Positions 1-11,498 of a DNA stretch of 37,154 nucleotides are shown here, piece by piece (position 1 is the first letter of the stretch; each line of letters opens with the position of its first letter). The notes beneath the pieces were generated by a model. That model was not told the DNA's origin. It searched no databases and saw only the letters and a program-made list of their open reading frames with translations. Made by a program: the position numbers and the translations under genes. Source of the DNA: Octopus bimaculoides (taxonomy: Eukaryota); assembly GCF_001194135.2 (NCBI RefSeq), contig NC_068988.1, positions 67,590,353 through 67,627,506 of the forward strand, in the 5' to 3' direction.

Positions 1-37
<37 letters not shown>

Positions 38-240
38 GTGTGTGCGCTTGCGTGTATGTCTGTATATGTGTTTGCATCTATATCTCTATGTGTAAATATG
101 TCCGTATTCGTATGCATACTTTTTGTATATATGCATATTTATTTTGTGTGTATATATATATATGTGTATGCATTTACACCTATTTCTTATATAAACAAAT
201 ATGCTTGCATGTAGCTGTTTCTCTCAGTGTTGTCTGTATG
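1..240. repeat. (TA)n/(TATG)n/(TG)n low-complexity tract
   Basis: Direct reading; explains the MYVCVC-type ORFs. Confidence 0.9.
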
Positions 241-1179
241 TATATTGATGGTCATAAGACCTAAGTGAGTGTGGTTGTATATTTTAAGTATGTTGATGTT
301 TATAATTACCTGCTCCTACGTAGATGAGAATATTGTTTTGTTTTCACTACAGTTCATTGGGACGGAAAGTATTTTGAGGCGTAGTTACAAAATATGATTA
401 AAATTAGGTCCATAACCATTTATGTGTGATCTTTCGACCTTTCCAGTCTGTTCATCGAATTGCTTTATCTTTTGTAAAAATGATAGTTCTAGGTCTAGAT
501 CGTTCTGTAGTGTGATAGTGGTCTTAGATTCTTCTGCTATTTCTACTTATTCAAATTACAAAGAGTAGCTTTCTTTTGCTTGAATAAAGTGGACAATGCT
601 GGAATAAATTTGCAAGAACATTCACGCATTGATATAGTCTATCGACAATCTAATTTTCTTATTAACATTATAATTCAGTCTAACAGGATTTGACAGAAAT
701 AAATGTTAAGAGGTACCCAGAATTCAGTAAGATATAATCATGTCTGTGACATGAAGTGACGTTGGGAAGTAGTTCTACTGCATGAAAGGATTTATACATT
801 AGGACATTCCATTGTGTTATCATTGTTTAACCCCGGGTCAAAACTGTTCATCCGTGACTTTCTAGCCTTTTTTGTATGGGTATCTAGAATCTATTTCTTT
901 GCTAAGTAACATGTTAGCATTTTATTTAAAGAAATTTGGTTTCTATTTCTAGCATGCAAGTTGAAAGTATACACGATGCCCACGTAAGGCTACCTGGTGA
1001 TGCAGGAAGGAGTATGTATACTTACATTATACATATCTCATAATACTTACATTATACATTTCTCATAATTGTGCGTATTCATCTCACGATGGCAGTCGTT
1101 GAAGTTAAGACAGTTTAGGTTACGATATTATGTGTATGTGTATGTGCGTGGGTCTGTCTTTGTGTCTCTGTGCATGTGT

Positions 1180-1300
1180 GAGATTCAGAGTTTAGGGTAT
1201 TGAACTCACGACCGCCAGATCGTGGTTACAATTCCTGGAGCGGTTAGTGTTTTGCGTTCTTGATCAAAACATTTCATACCACTCTGCTCTGCTGTCATTT
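1180..1300 (+). mobile_element. Decayed family C SINE fragment
   Basis: TTAGGGTATTGAACTCACGACC...GTGGTTACAATTCC...GCGTTCTTGATCAAAACATTTCAT resembles the 27059 copy. Confidence 0.5.
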
Positions 1301-1478
1301 TCGTACCTGACACATGGTACACCGTGCACCTGTTCAGCCAACGTCGATTTGATGGAGGGAGAGAGCTTATGTACACCGCAACTATTTCTTCACAATAAAC
1401 AAGTCATTTATACAAGTCGTACAGCAAAAACTGAACGCTAATTGTTCGTCTCCGACGGGGAATTTTATCATATATTTA

Positions 1479-1480
<2 letters not shown>

Positions 1481-1534
<54 letters not shown>

Positions 1535-1549
1535 NNNNNNNNNNATATG

Positions 1550-1587
<38 letters not shown>

Positions 1588-1624
1588 TATATGTGTGTGT
1601 GTGTGTATCTATATATAGACACAC
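1481..1624. repeat. (CA)n - 10-N gap - (TA)n(TG)n microsatellite
   Basis: Direct reading. Confidence 0.95.
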
Positions 1625-4600
1625 ATGAGATTAGATTTCGCTATGGAATTTAACAAAAGAAAACTGCAAGCGTCATATTAAATTTACTTATGTCATATGA
1701 AAAAAAAAAAAGGTAGATGTATTTCCGTTGATTTCGAAAAGGAATATGCTGCTGTAGGATCAAAACGGCTTCATTGAATTAGTGTCAGAGTGGTTGCCTA
1801 TTCCAAACACACTTGTGTACGCAATGTAATTCCCATGCCGTACAGCGGTACGGAATACGAAACAAAGAGGGATCTTTTGAATAGCAGTTAAAATGTTACC
1901 AACGGATTGCACTTAGTTTCCATCTAATCAGTTTACTCTGAAGGTTAGGATCGACAAGAGAGTACAATAAAAGGTATTCTCTAAGATGCCGTACAGGGGC
2001 ATATAATTTTTTGAGCTAGTGTTTGCGAAGCGAATTTCATAAACGTTCACCCGTGCTCTGGATATATATTCGAGAACTTATACGCACCCATTATCACGGC
2101 AAATTACATATGGTTTCCTATAGATACTTGATGCCAATTAGAATAAAAGATGTAACATTGCATTATCCCTAGGTAAGATTTCTCAAACATATTCAATTTA
2201 TACGCTAACGTATTGATTACAAAACTTCTTAAACAGTACTTTTCTTTTGGCCATTATACAGAAAATGTTAATTGCATTATCTTCTTAGAAGTGGTTGCAT
2301 TCTATATGAGAAAACTCAAAACAAGTTTAAGGTATTAAAAAAAAAATTATATGGAATATTTTAAAATGAAAAAAAATTGTTGGTAATTATGTTTTGTGTA
2401 CATTATGTATTAAAATAAATAAACACATTTATATATTTCTCAAAATATTACACATACGCTTACCAAACCATGTACAGACAAACGCGCGCAAAAAGTGAAT
2501 ATATACATATGTGTTCCAAGCTCCAATTTTCACCTAAATACCTGGAATTTTACACATCTTATGTACATCCTACACCATTTTAAATAGGGGGGAATAGGTT
2601 ATGTAAGCTTTTCAGGAAGGTGATTGACATCAACTTTGACCCCTGTCGACGCTCACTGACATTGTTTGAAGATTCCTGAGGAGGACACTATACATTAAAT
2701 AAGCACCTTTACTAAGTACTGAGTACAGCAGGAAAGGTTTCATATCTGTTGATAGTCATGTCTTAACAACCATATCCCCCTTTATACATAGTGTTAATAT
2801 AATAAATATGATATATTTTGCACTTACTCCGAAACCAATCATAACATCAAGCATTGTATATTATTCTTTGGGTTTACTTTTTGTTACTCTTATTACTGCT
2901 ATTGATCAGTAAAGTGGAAGAAACATGAATATAAATATGCACAAATAAATAAATATGTACAAATATAATTTATTTAGCGTATAAACGTATCATACAACCG
3001 ATGTACGAAGAGTAAATTTTTGAGATGTAATTATCGCCTTGAGCAAGGCAATGGATTGACATGGTAAATGTTATTATGCTGTGTCTATAAATGTATTATC
3101 TACTCAGAGCGTAACGGGGAGATAAGCTGTGCTCGTGACCTTTGAAGCCTTTCCAGTGTAAATGAAATAGATTAGGTAGTGTTCAACTCAAAATATCTCG
3201 CATTTGTTATTTGTAAGAAAATGATGGATCAAGGAAACATTCTAGAAAGAAAAATTTCTGCTGGTGAAGCATTCAGGATTTGACTAGAGTAGGATTTAGG
3301 ATGAAGTAGCAGAATCGTTACAGTATCAGGTGTCTTGCAGAATCTCTTCTACTCTCCTCGTTCAATGTTGAAATCTATACTGTTCAGCTACTTAGGACAA
3401 CTTCGCATCATTTCCCTCTTTCACTTTCATGTAAACAGGAACTGCATCAGTATCCCTTCCAACACACCACACTCAGGCTCCCTCCTTACAGAAGAAATTT
3501 AGTAAAAAGGGCAAATAGAACAAATGTTGTGCGATAGTTGTAGCATTAAGTTAGTGCCAGTCAGAAGAATAACATTTTCTAAGACGTAATCTACAATATC
3601 TGTATCTATAATAGTAGAAAATCCCCAGATCTGAGCATTTATTTTTGTTATGGTTGGGGTCTACAGCAGCTTTGTAGAGAATAAATAACTGAACAGAGCC
3701 TAAGTTTTTTCCTCGATTTGTCTTATATGTTTGGCACAGATTTTAACGTTATACATGTGCGGCGACAAATGAGACTTAATCAGACTCTGTGAGGCGGTAT
3801 GATATTCGCAGCTACTTAGAATCTTTTGAGCGGATGGGTGTGATCCAAACTGGATCCTTAATTTATTGTGACTGTATCTTGATAGCCAGTGTTGTGTCTA
3901 CAGATAATACACTCACTACTCAAGTGTCTTAGTCAACCTAATGAATAAGTATATACTGTAAAGAAAATACAAATTGACAGGTTTTGATTTCAAATTTTCC
4001 AGAAGAATGAGATTGAACTGCAAGCCTATGAATTTCCTATTTCTTAAATTAACAAACCTGCTAAACCCTGGAAATGGTCTAGAACTTTCAAAGACATTGC
4101 ATATACACTATTATTGTTTAGCCTCCAGTTATACTGAGCAAACTTATGCATGTACGAATTTTAATTTTTCAAGGAAAATCAACAGCGCATCTTTAAAGTG
4201 AAACAAAGAATTGCTATCATTTTGAGGAAATGAATAATCACGCTTAAATAAAAATCTACAAAGACAATAATAGTCAAGAAGTTGAAATAATTTACCAAAA
4301 ATATTAATATATTAAGTATATTAGTAAATATTGCAATATTCTTTCTAATTAAGTTTCACAAAATGAATTATCGTGTCTAAAAAAAAATAATTAAAACAAT
4401 GAACGAAAATATAGTCTATATTATTATATACATATGTATATTAGCATATGTTCTTCCATATGTTCTACAGGATTTTAGGCTGCGATCAAAATCCAGCGGT
4501 ATTTAAGAATATACATATTGTTATGATAATAAAAACATTGTAATTTAATAATATACACCCACGGTTAATACTGTTAAGAATACGAAATTGTTAACATAAC

Positions 4601-5073
4601 AATAAATATACTACTAATCGTAGTAACCAGTCCGATTTGTTTTTGCAATTATTACCCACACACACAAACACATACACACACATATAATATATATACTTAT
4701 TTATTTATTTATATATATATATTTGTATATATGTATGTATATATGTTTGTATTCTCATATACGTTGTTATGTTTCGAGGTACACATTCGTGTTATGCCTC
4801 ATACAAGATGTGTGCAAACACCAATGTATTTATATATCTGAAATGTGGAAGATTACAAACTCACTGCTGGTTTCGTGCACTCAGTCTTTGGCTGGATGAC
4901 AATTTGTCTATGTCGAGCAGACAGATTGTTAGAATGAGACCTTTAGGGAGAGGTTAAAAAAATATACTTCACTAGTCAGTAGTTAATTGTAGCTGCCAGG
5001 CTTAGAGTTATATTTATACATAGATAATCTCAGTGTGTGAATATATGAACATTGTGCAAATCTCCCCGCCCAG

Positions 5074-5122
<49 letters not shown>

Positions 5123-5829
5123 GCAGACACACACACACACACAGACACAATCCTTCGCTCATGCCTATCACTGTCTGTGTAGTTATGAGGAATCAGTTGC
5201 TGTTTTTTTTCTTTCCTAAATTGCTGGTGAGAGCTACACGCCGCATGCCCTCAATAAAGGTACAATGATTTCATTGAATCATCTCAAACGTAACTGAATA
5301 AGGGCGTGCTGTGTGAGATCGAATAGCAAAAAATAAATCGGCCAATGATTACTAATAAATGCACATTAACTATTGAGTAATCTTTCTTTCCGTAATAATA
5401 ATAATGATATTGATGATGATGATGATAACGATGATAATCTTTTATTAGCTACAGAGGCACAGATGAGGCGGGACATCACAAGGATAGGATACAATCACTA
5501 TGTGTGTGTATGTGGAGGGATTATAAAAGATGATTAGAAGAATAGAAAAGGCGGTGAAATGAGATAAAAGTATAATTGTGTTCAAAGTATGTAATAACAT
5601 GAACAATGTAGTCCTCTTGATAGAGCAGAAAATTCAACTACAGCAAATCGAGGCATCCCCACAAATACAAGGACCACCAAAGGCACGAGTCCTGGCCCAA
5701 CTGTTGTCCTCCAATCTACAGGTACATGCTTAGAGTAGGACCATTTACTCCAGCCATTTATTCCACAGTGACCCATCTTTTAACAAATTCACTGGTGCGG
5801 GGAGAGGTTAGAACTTTTTAAAATAATAA

Positions 5830-6870
5830 ATGAAGCGATGAGAAGACATACAATGAAAATTCAGACTGGATTAGACGGACACTCACCAAGATAGGAAGCC
5901 AAATTTCTAGTTCTCACCGTTCCTATGCGTGCACAGAAATTTACTCCAGCTGTTCAGTAATATTATGAGAAGCCCTGAAAAAATACCTATTTGGCTAGCA
6001 AATGTTATTACTTGTCAACTCTGAAAGAATAATGTAACCAAGGTTCCAAACAACTGTCTGCTCCTAACTTGATTATCCACCGCTTATAAAATTTTAACTT
6101 CTTTTCTTAGGGCGAAAACATGTGTTTACGCAAGAGAACAATATTTTACCCACTGAACAAAAAGGGCGCCAACGAAGCTTATATGGATGCAAAGATCAAC
6201 TATTAATTAATCGCATGAACACTGAGAACTGTCATAACAAGCTCAGAAATTTCAATCCCGCATGGATTCATTACGAAAAGGCATACCGCATTCCTGAAAT
6301 CGCTAGACAGCTTCAAATTTCCTTCTGTAATTTCAGACACTCTGAAGCATAACATGTCATTGTGGAAAGTGAATCTCCATTTATATCATTCTCGTGGAGT
6401 ACTAACTTCAAACAATAATATCATCAACTGTGGAATTTGCCAAGGCACTAACATTTACCTCTATCTTTTTTTTTTTTTTGCAAAGCGCTATTGCCCTTTA
6501 CATGTGAACTTTACATCACAGGGCATGGTTATAAAATTGACAGCAAGAAAATAAATCATTTATTTTATATGGATTACTTAAAACTTTATGGCAAAGACGA
6601 TGATGAGCTTCAAGGCATTTTTTAATTACGTCTTGTGAAAGCATTCCGTGATGACATCAGATTCGCCAAGGCCATTTTCAATAAAGAGAAATTGATAACC
6701 TAAAAATCAGTCGTGTTAGATGTTCAAACAAATGTAAAAGAACTTGAGCAGAAAAAAAACTATAAATACTGAAAGAAGAAATGAAAGTTCTAGCATTCGA
6801 CATGCAAGCGTGGAGGAGAAGATCAAGAAAACTGTTATTATGTCGGCAAAATAATATCATATCAGTTGCA
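5830..6870 (+). mobile_element. Decayed reverse-transcriptase region of an R4/Dong-clade (RLE) non-LTR retrotransposon
   Basis: Broken reading frames give PEKIPIWLANVIT..., STAYKILTS, NILPTEQKG...SLYGCKDQLLIN, AWIHYEKAY, CGICQG, INHLFYMDYLKLYGKDDDELQG (YMDD degraded to YMDY), and KAFRDDI...KELEQKKNYKY. Many stops and frameshifts. Confidence 0.85.
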
Positions 6871-6898
6871 AATGTGAGAGAAAAGACAGTGAGGGTAC

Positions 6899-7059
6899 TA
6901 GTCGATTACATCGACCCCAGTGTTTCACTGGTACTTAATGTCTCGACACCGAAAGGATGAAAGGCAAAGTTGACCTCAGCGGAATTTGAACTCAGAACAA
7001 AACGATCGGTGAATACCACTAAGCATTTCGTCCAGCATGCTAACGATTGTGCCAGCTTG
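6899..7059 (-). mobile_element. tRNA-derived SINE, family D
   Basis: Reverse complement reads AGCTGGCAC...TTAGCATGCTGGACGAAATGCTTAG...GTTCTGAGTTCAAATTCCGCTGAGGTCAACTTTGCCTTTCATCC...GTACCAGTGAAACACTGGGGTCGATGTAATCGAC. Homologues at 7111, 15043 and 23384. Confidence 0.8.
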
Positions 7060-7110
7060 ATAATACTTTCAACTATAGGCACAAGGCTTAAAATTTGGCG
7101 TGGGCGGGGA

Positions 7111-7277
7111 GACTAATCGATTACATCGACCCCAATGTTTCACTGGTACTTAATTTATCAACCGCGAAAGGTTGAATGGCAAGTCGACCTACGCGAGATT
7201 AGAAGGCAAGGCGTAAAGAGCAGGAAATGAATATTTCAAAGCATCTTCTCTAAAATTTCACCAATTCTGCCAGATCG
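7111..7277 (-). mobile_element. Second, more diverged family D SINE in tandem
   Basis: Repeats CGATTACATCGACCCCAATGTTTCACTGGTACTTAAT about 210 bp after the first copy. Confidence 0.7.
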
Positions 7278-7489
7278 CAGAGATTAATACACGAATTTTC
7301 ATTGAAACTATTTCAATTACAGACTTAAAATAGTAATAGTTATGAGCTCAAAGTGAATTTGTTACTGCAGATTAAGTATTAATCAATTATATACTAGTAT
7401 AGCATAAATGAAGATCGTTGTAGCCTTGTAAAACGGTACAGCGTAACTCGGGATAACGACAATTAAAGCCTCAGTTGTGGCTCAATAGT

Positions 7490-7870
7490 GGAGGCGCAAT
7501 GGCCCAGTGGTTAGGGCAGTGGACTCGCGGTCGTAGGATCGTGTTTTCGATTCCCAGACCGGGCGTTGTGAGTGTTTATTGAGCGAAAACACCTAAAGCT
7601 CCACGAGGCTCCGGCAGGGGGTAGTGGCGAACCCTGCTGTATTCGTTCACCACAACTTTCTCTCACTCTATCTTCTTGTTTCTGTTGTACCTGTATTTCA
7701 GAGGGCCAGCCTTGTCACACTCTGTGTCCCGCTGAATCTCCCCTTACCTTAAGGGTACACGTGTCTGTGGAGTACTCAGCCACTTGCACGTTAATTTCAC
7801 GAGCAGGCTGTTCCGTTAATCGGATCAACTGGAACCCTCGTCGTCGTAACCGACGGAGTGCCAGCCAACC
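7490..7870 (+). mobile_element. tRNA-derived SINE, family B, apparently full length
   Basis: A-box TGGCCCAGTGG, B-box-like TTCGATTCC, GC-rich body, and a 3' stem-loop CGTCG-TCGTAAC-CGACG before GGAGTGCCA. Confidence 0.75.
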
Positions 7871-8112
7871 ATAGCTCAATATTAACAATTTTATTTTATC
7901 ATATTTGCATATAAAGTCATACAAACATAGACAAAGAATGTATTGGAATGTGTGAGTGTTTAAATTACATTTACCATTTTCAGGGAAGTTTAAGTATAAC
8001 GACAAATATTTTCTTTTAGAAATTGAAATGTGTTATAAAATTCTATTTGATTAGAATATTAAATTTCGCTTGACGGTTTGTACATATATTCATGGGTATA
8101 CATGCATAACCA

Positions 8113-8692
8113 CTTACATACGTACATGGTAGGTGTCTACTCCTTATGCAGAGTTTGACCACCTCCTGTACCTACTTAGAACCATCATGGCATCAGATTT
8201 GGCTTTTTAAGCTAGACAATGTTCTGAAAAGACACCCACATAGATTGTACATCCGATTTAGGCCACCAAGCGCTGCAGATAAATTCTGACCTTTGTGAAT
8301 CTTAAAATGTCTTTTTAGGCCTCCGTTAGATTTGCAAAACTTCTGGCTTACACTGCATTCAAAAGTGTGCACAGACATATACGCAGAATAGTTGGTGGAA
8401 GTTCGTTTTCCATGGGTTCGCAAATGAGATTTGAACCCAGCACTAGAAGGGCTTGGTCTGTCACGAACTGTGCACACAAAAGGTCATTGTAATTCACCTT
8501 CTCGATCGTAACATTCTCCCTTAAATCTCTTTTAAGTCTTGCATGCGTTATCCTGGCCTCTTCCTCTTCAACGCTTTCCGTCCACTCCACAGTTTTGTCC
8601 GCCATCCAACTCGATCCGAAGCAAAGATTTCTATGTCCTCTGGATCCATTCCAAGTGACTTCATAGTAGTCCTTACGCCATCCTTAAACCTT
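8113..8692 (-). mobile_element. 5'-truncated 3' end of an RTE-clade LINE with C-terminal C2H2 zinc fingers
   Basis: RFKDGVRTTMKSLGMDPEDIEIFASDRVGWRTKLWSG is the typical RTE post-RT tail (R(F/Y)KD...A.DR..WR). After two frameshifts come CTV.DRP...SAGFKSHLRTH, CSVSQKFCKSNGGLKRHFKIH and NLCGCLFRTLSSLKSQI. A short 3' UTR ends in an ATGT-like tail at ~8113-8127. Confidence 0.85.
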
Positions 8693-8936
8693 ACATACAT
8701 ACATACATACATGCATGCATGCATGCTTACATACATACATACATACATATATACATGCATACATTCATACACACATTCATACATACATATAAACATCCAT
8801 GCATACATGCATGCATACATACATATATACATGCACACCCACACATATATACATGCGTACATACATACATGCATACATACATACATACATACATACATAC
8901 ATACACGCATACATACATACATACATACATACATAT
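8693..8936. repeat. Imperfect (TACA)n/(TGCA)n tetranucleotide array
   Basis: Direct reading; abuts the 5' truncation point of the RTE fragment. Confidence 0.95.
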
Positions 8937-9359
8937 GTGTTTTGTGTTGTACACTCACAGGCGTGCGAAAAAAACATAGGCAGTTGTAAAGGATTTTGCT
9001 CTGCAAACTCAGTTCAGCTGCACTCCTATCTTAATTGGCTGATTTCAAGTGTCCGTTAGACTTATATAATTATAGTTACACAAAATATGCTGAAGTAATG
9101 CCACTATATCATGTTAAACAAGGATGTATAAAACCTTTCCGTTTTTATGAACCGTAGGAGGCAAGACTCACATATATATTATACATATATTCACACACAC
9201 ATATATCTATATGCACGCATACATATATGCTTACGTGTGTGTATGTGTGCGTATGTGGGTGTGTGAATGTCTGTGTGTGTATATGTGTATGTATGCCTGT
9301 GTATGTATACTCATGTATAAATAAATAAAACTCTATAAGTAATGTAGCAAACATGCACA

Positions 9360-9745
9360 GGCGCAGGAGTGGCTGTGTGGTAAGAAGCGTGCTTCCCAAC
9401 CACATGGTTCAGGGTTCAATCCCTCTGCGTGGCATCTTGGGCAAGTATCTCCTACTATAGCCGAGGGCCGACGAAAGTCTTCTGACTGGAAATGGTAGAC
9501 GGAAACCGAAAGAAGCCCGTCGATATATATATATATGTGTGTGTTTGTATGTGTACCTGTCTATCTTTGTCCCCCACATTCGCTTGGCAACCGATGTTGG
9601 TGTGTTTATGTCCCCATAACTTAGCAGTTCAGTAATAGAGACTGCTAAAATAAGTACTAGGCTTACAAAGAATAAGTCCCGGGATCGATTTACTCGACTA
9701 AAGGCGGTGCAGCCAACAGACTGAAACAAATAGAAGATAAGAATA
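9360..9745 (+). mobile_element. tRNA-derived SINE, family A, near full length
   Basis: A-box TGGCTGTGTGG, B-box GGTTCAATCC, body CTTGGGCAAG...CTACTATAGCC...GAAAGAAGCCCGTC, an internal (TA)/(TG) tract, and a tail ...CGACTAAAGGCGGTG...GACTGAAACAAATAGAAGATAA. Homologous copies occur at 18121 and 36677. Confidence 0.85.
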
Positions 9746-9980
9746 ACTAATGCCCTTAATGACGGAAATATACATTCTTAAATATACTAAGTTACATATT
9801 GAATTAGTGGCGGTGGGGGTTATCTCTATTGTATGATGTGCTACGCATATATGCATTAATGTATGCATACACGTACAAAATTTGCATTCATACATATACA
9901 CATACATGCATGCATACACACACACACATATATACATGTATATATATGTTTATATGCATATATATAGAAATATATATATA

Positions 9981-10015
<35 letters not shown>

Positions 10016-10183
10016 TTCTTCCACTACTGTATCCTATTACTCTGTCACTCTCACTCCGTCACTGCTCTTCCCTTTCTCACGTGGCTCCCACGTGACCATC
10101 GGCCATCTTTCTTCTCCTCTTAACTTGTGTTTCTTTCTTTCCGTTGTAACTGGAACAAGGAACACGTGTTTTTGTCTGTCTTC

Positions 10184-10243
10184 TGTATGTATGTATGTAT
10201 GTATGTATGTATGTATGTATGTATGTATGTACGTACGTATGTA
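10184..10243. repeat. (ATGT)n microsatellite
   Basis: Direct reading; adjacent to the 3' end of the mariner relic. Confidence 0.95.
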
Positions 10244-10254
10244 AGTAGGCATAT

Positions 10255-11200
10255 AATTAAGTTTGAAAAGGATATTCTGTCGCATTGAAAAGAAACAAAT
10301 TTTTCTTTGGTTTTAATTGATATATTAATCAAGATAATAGTTCTTCTTTCTGAGAGCATAGTTCCATTTATTTGGCAAATTATTTATCTCTTGGGTGCAA
10401 AATTCTTCAATTTTTGAAGCAAAAATCGCTCAATATCATTTTCAATCTTTTCAAGATAGATAAACTCTTTTTCCTGTAAGTTATATCACAATGATCTGAA
10501 AAGATGGTAATCTGATAGACAGAGGTCAGCAGAGTAAGAATGATGAGTTACGATTTCATAATTAGAGCCCAATTTTTTTCCTGAGATATTTGGGCAATAT
10601 GTGTTCTTGGATTGGCGACTATACTTCTTCGTATTGTTTTAAATTTTGGTTTACGCTTCATCATAACCTTAATATTTTTTCTGATATAGACTTCGTTTGC
10701 GAATGAATTATCCTTTTTCTTGGGTGGTAACTATTGCCGCTTTCGGTGGATATGATTATAGGAAACCGACTTTTCATTTCTGGGAAAGGTTCCATAGCAA
10801 GTCAACTCTTCAATAAGGAGCAGAGGGTAATTCTTTGATTAATCAGAGAAGTAGTCAGATTATATTTTTCCTAGTTCATGCAATTTCTTTTGCGATCGAA
10901 TTGGGACATGAAATGAATTGTTTTGCTATTTTTCAATCTCATTTACTTTGGATTTACCTCATGTACGGTTAATAGAAGTTCAGTATCGTCAGAATTTAAT
11001 CCTTTATATCGAGGTAAATGAGTGAGAGAAATGTTTCCTGAGCGAATGTGGCCAAAGTATCGTTGATATAATCATCATTTCTATACACAGAACGAATAAT
11101 CATTTCTATATACAGAACGAATATCTTCTGCTGCTTCAATTGAAGACCCCTTTTAGAATTAATACCAAAAGAAATGTCTCGTTTGGGTCTGTTCTAACTT
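10255..11200 (-). pseudogene. Mariner (DD34D) transposase pseudogene, internally deleted
   Basis: Manual minus-strand translation gives RHFFWY.F.KG...EAAEDIRSVY...RSGNISL (HTH), ELHELGK, NEKSVSYNHIHRKRQ*LP (GDEKW region), HHSYSADLCLSDYHLFRSL (HPPYSPDLAPSDYHLFRSL) and ...NNLPNKWNYALRKKNYYLD* with the stop at 10325-10327. The central PKKVMLCVWW block is not visible. TIRs are not clearly recovered. Confidence 0.88.
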
Positions 11201-11498
11201 TAGAAAGTTAAAATCTATGCGGATTTTATCCCTGAAATATATAGCAAAGAAAGAACACATAAAAAAATTAAATATTGATCCTTATTTTATCGAAAAAGTA
11301 CCTTGGAATTGGTCATGTACAAATATGATAGGAGATTCTGTCAAATGTAATATATGCATGTGTGTGGTGTGTGTGTGGGTGTGGGTGTGTGTGTGTGTCT
11401 GCCTGTGTGTGTGTGTGTGTGTTTAATGTGTATGTATGTGTCTACTTGCGCACACACACATACACACACACATTCGCACACTCATNNNNNNNNNNTAT

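Noticed and set aside
5395-5810. GC-richer segment beside a (TAA)/(GAT) tract, possibly the minus-strand 3' end of another LINE
   Set aside because: No diagnostic protein motif could be read in any frame.
7490-7565. Possible tRNA genes here and at 9360 and 36677
   Set aside because: The cloverleafs are incomplete and continue into shared SINE bodies, so they are SINE heads.
8193-8477. Apparent host C2H2 zinc-finger gene
   Set aside because: It is contiguous through frameshifts with RTE LINE motifs and ends in a retroposon tail, with no splice context. Called as a TE.
8543-9059. Long HTYI/MYVC-rich ORFs (also at 28-264, 9829-10244, 26629-27125, 28935-29636, 32547-32924 and 34610-34867)
   Set aside because: They are translations of (TACA)n, (CA)n, (TA)n and (CT)n microsatellites that lack stop codons. 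There is no evidence of coding.
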